Shown here one piece after another: positions 1 to 12,424 of a DNA stretch of 64,000 bases. The notes under the pieces are model-generated. The model saw nothing but the letters and a program-made list of their open reading frames with translations. It was not told the origin of the DNA and made no database searches. How positions within the stretch are numbered: the first letter of the stretch is position 1; every line of letters starts with the position of its first letter. The stretch is from a virus. Taxonomy: Duplodnaviria > Heunggongvirae > Uroviricota > Caudoviricetes. The DNA lies in the IMG/VR virus record IMGVR_UViG_3300011008_000003, one strand, 5' to 3'. A program made the translations under genes and the position numbers.

Positions 1-1
1 A

Positions 2-523
2 TCGTTGTCGTCCATTTAAAAATTTTATTCCTAATTTATTTAAAAACGCTTCATGTGTTGGATTAGAATTTATTTGGTTAGATTTTATACTAGTATCGAC
101 CGGTTTATCATTTATAAAAAAATCAGACATTTCTGTTTTATTAGTAATAAACATATCATCGTTTAAATAAATAAAATTTTCTGTTAAATCTTCTAATTTA
201 TAACAATATGCAAAAAATATATTTGAATTAAATGTTGGTAAATAATTTTCATCAATAAATTCATTATGATAATGAATTTTTATTTTTGGATGATTTATAT
301 TTAACCAATTAGGTATTTGTGATTTATTATCTAATAATAAATGTATTTTTCTAACCCATTTAGCATTTTCTGCAATACAACGCCACCAATATTTAAATAA
401 ACCAAAATCTCTAATACGTTCTGGATTTTTATCACCTTTATATAATGAACATGCGGTTTTATATTTTTCAAACCATACATTATCTTCGGGATTTACCCAT
501 GGTATAACTATATCTATTTCCAT
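2..523 (-). CDS. Stealth-family (capsular polysaccharide phosphotransferase-like) protein, runs off window edge
   Basis: Not in ORF track; manual translation from ATG at 523 gives MEIDIVIPWVNP (CR1-like) ...YLPTFNSN...FIYLNDDMF (CR2-like). Confidence 0.85.
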   Translation of the reverse strand, partial: MEIDIVIPWVNPEDNVWFEKYKTACSLYKGDKNPERIRDFGLFKYWWRCIAENAKWVRKIHLLLDNKSQIPNWLNINHPKIKIHYHNEFIDENYLPTFNSNIFFAYCYKLEDLTENFIYLNDDMFITNKTEMSDFFINDKPVDTSIKSNQINSNPTHEAFLNKLGIKFLNGRQR

Positions 524-525
524 AT

Positions 526-1176
526 TTACTTACAAAATTTTAATTTTTGAAATTTATATTTTTTATTATGTATTTTAAGCCAAGCTTCAAATAAAAATTC
601 GGTAAAATAACCTAATATTCTTTTTGGTAATTTACGATTATAATATTTTTCAGCTTCCATATAATTTGTAGTTAAGTCAAATATAAATTCACAATATTCA
701 TCAATTAATTCTTTTTTACAAATAAACATATTACACATTGCATGATGATCACTATTTAATATTTTCCAGCATTCATTATAATAATTTTCATTAACATATG
801 CTTTTGCAAATATTAAAAATTTTTTTATATCTGCAAGTTTATTATTTTTAATAAACCAATTTATAACAGGAAAACGTTTACTATATCCAGGAGATTTAAT
901 ACATAATATATCATATACTTCTAATTCTTTTTTTATTTCATTTTCTGATAATAATCTACCACGATTATTTACAAAATATCTTCTATAATGCTCCAATCCA
1001 ACGATTTCATCGTCAACATGCTTCCATAAGTAATATAAGCCAGTCAATTCACAATACCAAGGATTAAGAAAATCAATATTATCCCCTTCATGTGGCTGAT
1101 CTATAAGGAATTTTTCACGGATATCATCCAAAGGTAAAAATTTATTTTTACTACTTCCAACTACGTATATTTTCAT
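526..1176 (-). CDS. DUF4422 glycosyltransferase-like protein
   Basis: NIDFLNPWYCELTGLYYLWK...VGLEHYRRYF...CNMFI...RILGYFTEFL motifs; start reassigned to MKIYVVG. Confidence 0.8.
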   Translation of the reverse strand: MKIYVVGSSKNKFLPLDDIREKFLIDQPHEGDNIDFLNPWYCELTGLYYLWKHVDDEIVGLEHYRRYFVNNRGRLLSENEIKKELEVYDILCIKSPGYSKRFPVINWFIKNNKLADIKKFLIFAKAYVNENYYNECWKILNSDHHAMCNMFICKKELIDEYCEFIFDLTTNYMEAEKYYNRKLPKRILGYFTEFLFEAWLKIHNKKYKFQKLKFCK

Positions 1177-1260
1177 TTCACCATCTTCACTAAAATTATT
1201 ATTTTTTATATTTATAATATAGAAAAATCCTTGATTGTTGGTCAAGAATTTATATAATTT

Positions 1261-2100
1261 TTATACATAATTCATTATATCAGTACAGAACACAGGTCGT
1301 TTGGAAATATTTTTAATTATTTGCGCCTCATAAAAATTAGACTCTATAAAACATGTACAATCCGTCTGCATATAGATATACGCCTTGTGCGTGGCAGGAT
1401 TCATCTGCAACCTTTCTGCGTTATTCTTGGCGGGACACATAAACAAATGACTATAAGAAATATTATGCAATTTTAACCAATGTTCAGTCTGCAGACGATA
1501 TTTTTCCAGCCGGCCAGTAACCAGGGCGAATATAGGCGACTGCGGAACATATATCGGTCGTTGATTCATGATAAAGTCGATATATTTGGGACCGTCATCG
1601 TCTATTTCGGCGGGGACTTCTTCCGTAAAAATTCCGTCTATATCGAAACACGAATTATTATGACTCATCTTAAGGATAGAATAAGGAAACAACGGCCATA
1701 CATTTTCCATCAAGAAAATATCTACAATTTTCATGCCGGCACCTTCTGCGAACGGAGCAAATGTCGTAATGAATGCCCTCTCGGTCTTTTGCCTGATTTT
1801 TTCTTTCGCATTTATCAAAGTCTTGCCACTCGAACAAGTATCGTCTACCAGCAAAATATGGTTATAATTTATCGTATGGTTAAATTGCTTGGCCAATGAC
1901 AAATCTGTACCGGGTTCTGTATCGATGTCATTCAAATATTCAAATATAGTACATAGAGGTATATTTCTATATTCTGATATTATCGTACCAATTATCATAC
2001 CGCTTCTGGGTATACAGACAATAAGGTCTATATCTTGTGGAAGCCTATATAAATTTTTAAAAATTAAGTTATTTAAATTATTATAATCACAATATGCCAT
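1261..2100 (-). CDS. phosphoribosyltransferase domain fused to HAD-like domain
   Basis: IPRSG and LLVDDTCSSGKT (PRPP-binding loop); FDIDG and TGR HAD-like motifs in C-terminal half. Confidence 0.75.
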   Translation of the reverse strand: MAYCDYNNLNNLIFKNLYRLPQDIDLIVCIPRSGMIIGTIISEYRNIPLCTIFEYLNDIDTEPGTDLSLAKQFNHTINYNHILLVDDTCSSGKTLINAKEKIRQKTERAFITTFAPFAEGAGMKIVDIFLMENVWPLFPYSILKMSHNNSCFDIDGIFTEEVPAEIDDDGPKYIDFIMNQRPIYVPQSPIFALVTGRLEKYRLQTEHWLKLHNISYSHLFMCPAKNNAERLQMNPATHKAYIYMQTDCTCFIESNFYEAQIIKNISKRPVFCTDIMNYV

Positions 2101-2606
2101 ATATAAAATTTAGCAATTTTTTATTAACACAAAATTAAAAAGATATTTTCTAATTATTTATATTAAAAATAAAATTTACGAATAACCATAGATTTTTACA
2201 GCTCTATTCCCTTGCCAGTCAACAGTTTCTTCAAAACAGTCTAGGTTAAGGTCGTCGGTAAATCTATAATCTGGACTAAGTGTAGGGCTTAGAACTTCAA
2301 TATCGCCATATTTTTCTTGATATTCATTTAATAATTTAATAACATATGAAATTTTCATTTTGAACCTCTATGGAATATTTGGTATAGCTGTCCAATATTC
2401 AATATTGCTGATATCCCATGTAGTATCATAATCGACAACACTATAAACTAATTTTTTGCCATCATTATATTTGTCTAATTCTGGATAATATGTTACAATA
2501 TCCCAATTTCCACTAGTCATCTTGATTAAAACCTCTTTATGGTCCATAAACTCAAGATGTTCTGGAATGAACTTAAAAAATGTCATTTCTTTATTGATTA
2601 TATCAC

Positions 2607-2705
2607 TCATGATTTTATAATTATAAGCCAAAAAATTACGATTATTAGGGTAGGAACACCAATAACTATTCCCATTCCTAGTGCAAATTGATTAGGGTCC
2701 AACAT
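2607..2705 (-). CDS. 32-aa single-transmembrane protein
   Basis: Manual translation MLDPNQFALGMGIVIGVPTLIIVIFWLIIIKS*; fills gap, ATGA overlap with next gene. Confidence 0.6.
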   Translation of the reverse strand: MLDPNQFALGMGIVIGVPTLIIVIFWLIIIKS

Positions 2706-2706
2706 A

Positions 2707-3222
2707 TTAATTTTTCATCTTGATGAGTCTATATTTCTGCTTTACATCTGGATATTTCTCATGGTCAACTTCAGAAAGGAACATTTCTAACGGTCTAGCA
2801 TAAATTCCATCTTCATGATTAGTTTTACCCTTGTTTCCAGAACACTTATAGACAACCAAATCTTCACTTGTTTCAGAATGCTTACAAAGAGTAATGACTT
2901 CTGCTGTCGTGCCTTTAAAGTGCTTCCATTTGCTTCCTGGAGTGACTTTACGGTCCGGTGTTAATACAGATAATAAATCCTCAATCATCTCTGTAAGGTT
3001 ATCAAAAATTAATTTAGGATTACACGGTTGAGATGGAGAACCAACTACAAATTTTTCATTTTTAAAATAAAACAAAATTTCTTTATAAACAGCTAAGCCC
3101 GTATTTAAAACAACACATAAATTACAGACTGCATCTTTCGGAACTGGCTGTGGTGGATTTTTAATTGTATAATAAAAACCTAAGCTATCGAGTGTATCAG
3201 TTAAATATTCTAAATCTGTCAT
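2707..3222 (-). CDS. DUF1653 domain protein
   Basis: WKHFKG...HSET..LVVY...YARPLEMFLSEVDHEKYP..KQKYR signature. Confidence 0.85.
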   Translation of the reverse strand: MTDLEYLTDTLDSLGFYYTIKNPPQPVPKDAVCNLCVVLNTGLAVYKEILFYFKNEKFVVGSPSQPCNPKLIFDNLTEMIEDLLSVLTPDRKVTPGSKWKHFKGTTAEVITLCKHSETSEDLVVYKCSGNKGKTNHEDGIYARPLEMFLSEVDHEKYPDVKQKYRLIKMKN

Positions 3223-6200
3223 ATTATTTCTTTACTAATTCCTTTGGATCTTTACATAATATTTTACGTTCATTGTAATAATCAACCATTGCATTGATAT
3301 ATTTGAAAAAAGTTTCTTTATCACCTAATGTGCTTTCTTCGATTAAATCATCAGTTCCTATTAAATTATTATGATTGATACCATTTGTTAATTCCATAGT
3401 ATAAACTACGGCATGAATTGGACCTTGATTTTTTGCACTCCATGTAAAAGTATCAAAAAGACCAGCAATAACTCTTTCATCAAATTCGACAAGTATAGAA
3501 AATTTATAGCCAACTGCTTCAAAACCATTATATTTGCAAGCTACATAGTAAACTGGTGTATTGTCAGGTAATGCTTTTTTAGCTCGCCTTTCTATATCAG
3601 CTCTAATCTTTTTATAATCTGCTTCGTTACTTTCTTGTAACAATGCTTTAATTTCTTCTATTGACATATTTTACCCTTCTTTTTCTTTTCACCCTGTCTC
3701 ATAGCCATTCTTACCGAACGGAGTACAGATTCGTCGTTTACGAGTTCCTTGAGGTATTCGTGCAGTTCTTTCTGGTTGCTAATCATCTTTTCAGCCCTAT
3801 TGACCTTAAGAGGCTTAATCAGCACCGGATAGGTTTCGGCATAAGAAAGAGCGGCAAACTTGTTACGGACCGGAGAATTCGTTTTTTCGTTCGTATAGCA
3901 AAATACGAGATAATAATTCTCGTCCATGACTTGCAAGTTATTTCTGAAAAGTACCCTTGCTTCATCATCGATAAGCGGCATAAGGCTTATATGTCCGACA
4001 CCGTTGGTAATTCCGCAAACTTCGTTATTCAAATTATCAAGTTCATCGTCAACCTTATCGGAAGACTCATCCATGAGTTTTTCCAAGTCAAAATAATCGT
4101 CTTTCATTTTTATACCAAATTATTAAATTTTTCTATATTAGAATCTATTTGTTTAAGTTTTTTATTTAAGTCTTCTACAATTTTAATAGCCTTTTTGGCG
4201 GCAGAAACTATAGAAGCAAGATTATCCTGTTCAAAATTTATATGTAAAGGCATTTCTGTATCATAATTAAAATACATACTAATATGGCTATGTGTATCAA
4301 TAATCATTTGTGCTGCACAATATTGATTATCAGGATGAAATCTTATATGCAGACTAAATTCTTGTTTTGTATCGTAATCATAATATTTCCCACCAAGATG
4401 ACATTTCTTTTCTTTAAAACCTAATGCTTTAAGGTCATTTTTAATCTGTTTTAATTCCTGTTTATCATTCATTTTTATACCTTGTTATCCGGAATGAAAT
4501 CAATCTTAATCTGTTTAATCTGTCCGTCAATCTGTCTATCGACCTGAATATCCTTTACAGCGACCAGGTTGATTCCAAGCTGGTTGACAATAAAGCACGA
4601 AATTATATCTTCAGCCTTGTCCTTTTGTTTCGGCGGGTCTAGTTTCTTAACTTCGTCTTCGGTAATATCATCAATATCCATACAAAAATCGTCAGGGTGG
4701 TCTTCGTCAACATAACTTATATAACCGCTGAACTTATAAGTATGTCCGTCAATGAACTTTTCGCAAAGATCGGTTTCAAGAGAACGCATGATAGTATAAT
4801 AATCATAATCGCCGGCCATATTGGTAGAAGCAACATCCCAACGATTATTAATAATAATACTGAGGTCCGTAGCAAATTCGTTAACTTGACCTTCCTTATA
4901 GACTAAAGTAAATTCGTCTTCATAGGAATCAGTAAACTTGAAATCGAACCGTTTTTTGGCGTCGATTACGGCTTGTTCGAGTTCATAGTCTTTGCAGTCT
5001 CTGGCATTATTGAATTCTTTTCCGTCGTCTGCGATATAGACATTTGCTGTTACCAAAACTTGTTTTTTATCTACTCTCATTTTTAACCTTCCTTTACTTT
5101 CGGCCAACTGACCGTGTTTTCTGGATATTTCCAAATATTAGCTGTTTCAGACCTTGACATTACATCGTCAAGACTGTTATGAAATTCTGGGCAATGCTTA
5201 TCATAAGCCGGCGTCCAGTCTATATGCCAGTCGAATCCCATGACATCGCAAACCATAGTACCTGCTTCACGGTTCAACTGCCTACAATAATCACAGTTTT
5301 CACAATTGTCAGCCGGAATGTTATAATCTGGCGCCCGTGTTAAAAGATCAGCAGATTCAACGTCTTTCATCTTTGTCAATCCAAAGGTTTTCAGTTGTTT
5401 CACTTGGAACTGCATGGCAATGCGGCTCTTCTTTCATCTTTTCAGACATATACTTGCCCATATTTCTGATAATATCGGCCATGTCTTGTGCGTTTGGTGT
5501 TTTAGATTCCATTATCTATGTCCCGGATATAAAAAGTCCTGTACCTGCATCCACATTTCCCACATCTTCTCATATTCATAAGAACTACTCAAAATCATCG
5601 GGTTAAACGGTGACATGCAGGAAAATATAGATGTTTCCAAATCTTTCTCGATTTGTTCTAGTTCTAAAAAAGCTTCTTCTCTAGTCATAATTATTAAAAT
5701 AACCCCCATGCCTGGCGTTCTTCTTGTTCTCTTATATTTTGACATTTAGGACATAATTCACCGTCCCAGCCTTCCATAATCTTGTCGACGTTTTTCAAAT
5801 GTTGCTTTTCTTCGTCATTAAGATTATGATACCAATCAGTTGCGGTAATCGGTTCATGGATAACAGAAACAACCTGTTGTCCGCAATAGGTTTTATATTC
5901 TCTGCTATCTACCAAACCGCCGCCTGCACATTGACTAGTCCAGTGAATTTTGCCATCGGCTGTTCTACATAATAATGGTTCTGTCATATTATAAATCCGG
6001 TAATCCTACAAAGTGAATAGCTTTTTGCCTTAATTCATGCGTTTCAGATTCTTTTCTCAAGTCATAAGTTTTGCCGTCATATGTCAACTTGATAACACCG
6101 TCACGATACATTCCCGGATAACGATTCATAATTTCAGCAATCCGTCTATAATCACGAATCATGTTGCTGAAACTATTTGTCGATTCCATATCCGTCTTAT

Positions 6201-8385
6201 TACCGCCTGATGGCTCATAGTATTCAGGTTCCTTTCCTTCGATTACAAGGGTACAATGAAATTCTCTGGTAACTTCCTTATCCCTAATATCGTCAAGCTC
6301 AGAAAAGGCTGGATGGTCAAAAACTGCTGACATATTAACCCAGCGGATCAGATTTCAAAACGTTAGAAACCTTAGCCTTATTCATTTCGATAAGCTTCTT
6401 GAAGATAGAACCGTCGCAGATTCCCTTATAGATAGCTTCTTCTTTTTCATAAACGGTTTCTCCGTTATAAACAAATGAACAAAGTTCCTTACCGAACCGC
6501 GGATATACATCCATATCATAATTCGGTGCATCTTCTTTAAGCTTGCCGGTTTCCTTATCGAAAACCTTGTCCTTCCAAGCTTCAACTTTTTCGTCATAGT
6601 CATGAAGGTCTACGCCGTCATAGTAACGAATCTGAATATTGTCGAAACTTGCCATTCCGGGCCCGATAGTGCTGGTAGCAACTGCAGTCGGGACAATCTT
6701 AATTCTCATAACCGGCATATGCTTCATCTTTTCATGCCACTTGTCATGAATATCAGGATCGTTTTTGTCGACCAGTACAATAACAGCTTCATATACAATA
6801 GGTTCGAGCTGCATCCAGCCGCAATAGCTGTTCAGCCAGTAGAATAGACGATAATGGTCTTCCATTTCGATAACTGCTTTCATTCCCATTGCCAAACTGC
6901 TTTTGAAAGCTTCGAAGCAGCGGAACATATTCTTGCTAAAATATTTAAAATTTGAGGATTCTATATTATTCTCCAAAATATTCCTTTTCTTTTGTAAAAG
7001 ATTCTTCCAATTTCTTTTTCCAATATTCCTTGACCTTGTTCCAGAACTGAATTCGCTTATATGCATCGCAATCTTTGGTACTATGATCCCAGTACATATC
7101 GTCCTGTTCTATATACCATTCTGCATATTCGATTCTCATCCTGCACAGTGACCGAAATGCCTGAAAATATGCCTTGCCGTTAATCGACCATTCGAGATAT
7201 ACATTATGTTGCATTTTTAACCTCTGCCTTGAAAGATTCGACATAACCGTAGCGATTATAATCTTCAGTCTTTGCCTTCTTATATTCTTCGACTTCGAAA
7301 TCCCTTATAAAACGGAGTTCTTTTTCGTCCGTAAATACAAATTCTTTCTTTTCTTTATCAAACATACCACACGGATAAGTATATGCTGGATCAAGCTTAG
7401 GTTTCTGTACAACAACGAGATTATCCAAGTCCATTTCATAACCTAACTCTTCATCAAGAAACATCTTGATGTCGCAATTATCATATTCCTTAGGTATAGA
7501 CTTTATAAACTTCGTAAGTTCTTTTAATGTCATCTTCCCATTCCCATTTTAAAGTTTTCTTGCCGGTCGCATATTCCAGTTTTTCTTCTGGCGTAAGCGT
7601 TTCGTCATAGAACCATTCGACCTTACCGATTTCACCGTATTGGTAAAGTCTTTTCATACGATGGTCATTCGTAAATACCAATTCTACACTGTCTTTAGCA
7701 ATATAATTATCTGTATATGGTCCACGATACAATTTGACAAAAATATTACCTGCGTATTTCTTACAAAAAGCTTCGCCGTGCATAGTCTTAAAATAATTAC
7801 TTTCCGGGTCTACTATACTCCAGTTAAAAAAGTAATTATACTGCGACTTGTTGCCGAATTTCAAAGTAAGATATTCGTCTATAAAATGCTCATCCGGCTT
7901 AATCTGCATTATAAGTTCATCAAGTTCATATTTCATACTTACTCCAGCATTATAACGGTTTTCCACTCGCCGCAATCGCAGTGGTTTTGTTCATAGACTT
8001 CATCGATAGGCTGGTCTGCAATCTTGCTCCATACATCCATATCGTCAGGAAGCTTTTCGAGTTTTTCACGCAGTTCTTTATTCGTCATAATCGATTTCTT
8101 CCAGTAAATATTGGTCAACAACACTGCAGCATCCGAATACATTATAACAAACAGTAGCTATTTTACCGTTACATAAAATTTCTTTCTTTGTTACTTCATA
8201 TCCGCCGCATTCAAAATAACCTGTCTTTGGCCAAGAATTATACCAATCTTTAATTATTTTTTTAGCCCTGTCAATATCTTTAAATACTTTAATATTTTCT
8301 ATATTTTTTGTAGATACGTCGCTTCCGCCATTCGGATTTCTCTTTGTGGCAGAGGTATGATTCTTAACTAAATATAATTTTTCCA

Positions 8386-8586
8386 TTATTCCCATTCTTC
8401 CGGTTTAATTTCCAGTAATCGCTTGGTAATATTGTCAGCAAGAGCAAGCAATGATACCTACTCTTCGGCGTCACCCATCTTCGTAATCCAGGACATCATT
8501 GCAGCCTTGGCCATATACGGATTGTTACCGAGGACTACTACCATATCGGTAGCAAGCTTCTTCCAGAACTTTAAATCGTGTTCCAT
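8386..8586 (-). pseudogene. 66-codon gene interrupted by a single in-frame TAG (8458-8460)
   Basis: MEHDLKFW...MGDAEE*VSLLALAD...KPEEWE*; both ends coupled to neighbours by TAATG overlaps. Confidence 0.6.
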
Positions 8587-8717
8587 TAGTTTTCCTTATC
8601 TTTAGTCTTATTTTTCTTGAAAATTCCAGCAATAGAATCAATAATCAGGTATACGAAAATCATACCGATAATTGTTAATCCCGGATTATTCTGGCAGAAA
8701 TTAAAAAATGCTTCCAT
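8586..8717 (-). CDS. 43-aa single-transmembrane protein
   Basis: Manual translation MEAFFNFCQNNPGLTIIGMIFVYLIIDSIAGIFKKNKTKDKEN*; TAATG coupling both ends. Confidence 0.65.
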   Translation of the reverse strand: MEAFFNFCQNNPGLTIIGMIFVYLIIDSIAGIFKKNKTKDKEN

Positions 8718-9701
8718 TATTTAGTCTCCCGTGGATCTTTCCACTTTTCTGTTTTTATAGTTTTCTTATACAAGTCCAATGCCTTGTCTTTTTCACCTTC
8801 CATCCAGTAGTCGAAAACCTTTGCGGGAACATCATAAATGTCCCAGTCGCAACAGTCATAGTTATGGACACAAATAGAGAATTCCTGTTCATAACCGTGC
8901 CAGTTACATTGTTCAATATCGTCGATATTTACATTCGGTTCCAAATACCTGAAACATTCATAAAAGATGTCAAGCTGCATATCTTCGATATAGACCTGAG
9001 CTTCACCATATTTTTCGAATTTTTCAATATTCTTGATGTCTCGAATATCATGTTCCATTAATTTTCCTCTTTTACCATTTTAAAATGAAAATATTCAGGT
9101 TCATATTCAGTAGGAACTACAGATTCCATATTTTTAATCATATTATCATGAAATTCAGCAAATCTATCCCAATCTTCTTTAGTTTTAGGACGATACTTTT
9201 CGATTTGTTTTCTTAAATATGGATAAAATTCAGGAAATAATTCTGTAAGTTCAGCAATTTCTGCTTCTGTCGGTTCACTATTCATAACCCCTCGTAAATG
9301 ATTTAAGTACACGTTCTCCCTTATAGGCAGAAACCATGTCGTTTTGCTTATCGTCCATGAACTTATCCATTTCAGACAAAGCTTCTTTCTCGGAATAACA
9401 ATACTTACAGCCGTGATAACGCTTACCTTCATGATTAAGACCAGAATACTTGACATAGAAATCAATTCCTGCATTCTTTCTGAACTTTTCTTCGTCGAAT
9501 TTCGGCGTAGCCAGCATTTCATCCATGACTTCCTTAGGAAGTGCCCATTGATTCATGGCTTTCTGTTTCTGTTCACGGTAATACTTCAGCTCTTTCAGCC
9601 ATTCGGCAAGCTGTGCATGTTCCTTAGAGCATTCACCGTCTTTACATTCTGCCTTTTCTTCACAATGCTTAATAGCCTGGTCTAGCGTCATATTAACCCC
9701 A

Positions 9702-10235
9702 TTAATACTTAATCTCCGCCTTGTAACCGTCAAGCAACATCTGACGAACCTGGTCAAGAACCTTGCCAAGTCGATTTTCGCCCTGCCAGTTAGCCTCGTC
9801 GTCAGCGAGAGGATCACCTTCGCCGAGCTTGATTCCCCAGATTCCGTCTACAGGGCTCGCCTCGACGAATTTCTTACCGGTCAGGGCAGGATCCGTAATC
9901 TTATCGAAGAGAACCTTATTCTGTGCATACTTCTGAAGACAGCCGCGAAGCATAATGTCATAGGAAACAGCGTTCCATGCATCCTGGTCGAAATTCTTTA
10001 CCTGACGGCCAAGTTTCTTGGCCTTATACGACATCTCATCAGTGAACGGCAAATGAAGAATCTCGTCTGCCTTTTCCTGGTCGTCGAAATAGATTGCCTT
10101 CTCATACATGTAATACTGTTCCGTACTGAAGAACATACGGGTAACGTCGTCCATGCATTTCAACTTAATCGGTGCCCAGGCGAAATTACTCGGCCAGTCG
10201 CTCCAGAAAAGAATGTGCTTATCTGTAATAGTCAT
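9702..10235 (-). CDS. NADAR (YbiA-like) family protein
   Basis: SNF, EQYYM..KA..F.D, AKKLGRQV..FD...W, EASPVDGIWGI, GENRLGKVL motifs. Confidence 0.9.
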   Translation of the reverse strand: MTITDKHILFWSDWPSNFAWAPIKLKCMDDVTRMFFSTEQYYMYEKAIYFDDQEKADEILHLPFTDEMSYKAKKLGRQVKNFDQDAWNAVSYDIMLRGCLQKYAQNKVLFDKITDPALTGKKFVEASPVDGIWGIKLGEGDPLADDEANWQGENRLGKVLDQVRQMLLDGYKAEIKY

Positions 10236-10709
10236 TTTAACCTCTAAATTCTGTTAAATCTATATCGAATTGAATATAGCCGTTTCCGACCGTTTTATAA
10301 ATCGGCAGAATAATCCATTTCGCGTCACCGCAATTAACGAAATCTTCGGTAAATGCATAAATTTCAGATTTACCTACATAAAATTCATTTACCGTATAAG
10401 TATAACAACGTTTACCATCTTCTGAAAAGAACATAACTATTCCTCGTCTTCAATTCGACTGCTTATAACGTTAAACTTCTCGTCATATTCATAATAAACA
10501 TGACGGGCCTTTTCATACTTGTGGTCGAAATAGTTTACATAGCCTGCCGGAAAATACATATGGGTAATATGTACATCCTTGATTCTGCCGTTCGGCTTAT
10601 ATTCGTTAATTCCCCAATATTCGTCACCGTCTCGTTCTCTCCAATGGATTGCGAGATTGTGCTCATCTACTTCGAGTTCTTCATACTTATGCTTAGCCAC
10701 AATAGACTC

Positions 10710-11147
10710 CTAGTAAAAAATTCCAAGATTTGGAAGTTCAACAGATTTAGTATCAAATTCTTCAATATAACCCAGCCAACCGTCTCGAGTATCTTCACGA
10801 TATGCTCTCAGCCAGTCAGCGACAAGATGCCTATGGCAGAAATCGTCCGGTTTTTCGTAACAGAGAAGAATAATCTTATGCGACTTTACTCCGGCCAATT
10901 CTGAAAGCTCATGGATTACGTCTTCAGGTTTCAACGGTGCCAATACTTCGTCTTTGAAATGCTGGATATAGTAATCGTTGTCTCCCTTATGGGATCCGTT
11001 TTTCCATTCATTAAAAAATTCCCATTTAGGAGCAAGCTTCTTATATTCCAGTCCCTTATACCAGGACGGAGCCTTTCCAGCAATCGAAACCGGAACAAAA
11101 CCATTTTCGATATAAGTTTTCAGCTTAGCAAAATAACCTGTCAACAT
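10710..11147 (-). CDS. DUF488 family protein
   Basis: TGYFA...SIA..AP..Y..LAP...LLCYEKPDDFCHRHLVA.W. Confidence 0.8.
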   Translation of the reverse strand: MLTGYFAKLKTYIENGFVPVSIAGKAPSWYKGLEYKKLAPKWEFFNEWKNGSHKGDNDYYIQHFKDEVLAPLKPEDVIHELSELAGVKSHKIILLCYEKPDDFCHRHLVADWLRAYREDTRDGWLGYIEEFDTKSVELPNLGIFY

Positions 11148-11446
11148 CTAGCAATATTCCTCATCAGGCAGTTCGCGGTGGTTAGCGAAATACTTCAAAG
11201 CCTCGACAATTTCATCAATTGTCTTGACGTTAATATAACCCTGAAGGTAGTTATTATCGTCATAGTGATTCATCGCTATATAATCATCGTTTTCATCGAC
11301 ATCGACAATTACGTGATGTTCGTTTTCCTTGATGAACGCACACTGGTAATCACGGTCGTAAACTGCCTCGTCGATTCCGAATTTCTTTGCAAGTCGTTTC
11401 TTAGCCTTTACAGCCTCGACGATTTCTTTGGTTGTTGGTTTTTCCA

Positions 11447-11926
11447 TTATTCTAATCCTTCCAGACAATATTCGTTATACTTGTTAGCAAGTATCATGTT
11501 ATAATAGTCAGTTTTATCTTTCAACATTTCCATATCGTATTCTTCACCGTCAATAGAAAGAATATATTTCGAATATTTATCTTCGCCCTTAACCTTATCT
11601 TTGTCGAGGTCTCTGAAACTTGCAATATTAATATACCGACCAAATCCGCTAGAGTCATTCGGCCATATAGATTTTTCCATTTCCACCGCTACGATATTTG
11701 CAATATAGGAAAAATGCATAATACCATCCTGAGACTTCAGAAAATTCTTGCTGAACGGGTTGAAAAAACCTTTTTCTCGAATCTTACTTGGTTTAGTTCC
11801 GCTACATACGACATTTTCCGCATATTTCAAAGTAATCGTACCAGGAAAAAAGGCACGTTCGTACTTATATTTCTTTTCCGACTTGGAATATTCAAACACT
11901 TTAATGAAATACGGGACATTCATCAT
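11447..11926 (-). CDS. hypothetical; weak member of C-terminal-tail family
   Basis: IDGEEYDM...EYCLEGLE*. Confidence 0.45.
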   Translation of the reverse strand: MMNVPYFIKVFEYSKSEKKYKYERAFFPGTITLKYAENVVCSGTKPSKIREKGFFNPFSKNFLKSQDGIMHFSYIANIVAVEMEKSIWPNDSSGFGRYINIASFRDLDKDKVKGEDKYSKYILSIDGEEYDMEMLKDKTDYYNMILANKYNEYCLEGLE

Positions 11927-12337
11927 TTTTACCTATGTGACTTCTTATGCTTATTGCATACGTTAGTGCTTGTTACGGGATGCATAGGCGAGCCGTGGAC
12001 GTACTTTGGCTCTCGCCTTTCTAGTTCTATGCCCTGACCGAAACGGTAAGTCCTGAGGGCCTCTATTTCGCCGTTAAGCTTGTCCCCTATGAGTTCATTT
12101 GCATATTTCTTTGTAATATAGTCTTCGCCAGATACCTGAACGAGATATTCAATATCAGGGTGACGACAACATGTACATTCGTACAAACAATCGTAATAAT
12201 TTTCATCCTTATTACGGTTCAAATAATGTTTCCGGTCTTTACAAAGCTTATAGCCCAGGTACTTCTCGACATCAGCTAACTTATAAAAATCTTCTCTATC
12301 GTAATACTGTGGCATGTTTTACCTTCTATTCCTATCA

Positions 12338-12366
12338 AATATAGCAAAACACCGCCGTTTTGTAAG
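12338..12366 (-). promoter_or_regulatory. sigma-70-type early promoter
   Basis: CTTACA-17 nt-TATATT upstream of the long 12315->2176 gene block. Confidence 0.65.
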
Positions 12367-12424
12367 CAAAAAATAAAAAGCCGAACAATTTTTGTCCGAC
12401 TTTTTGGAGATTATTAGAAATTTA

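Larger units (their letters stand above)
2176..12315 (-). other. block of ~30 tightly packed small hypothetical genes (early/accessory region)
   Basis: Co-oriented ORFs with TAATG/ATGA stop-start overlaps; few recognisable motifs apart from those listed separately. Confidence 0.75.
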
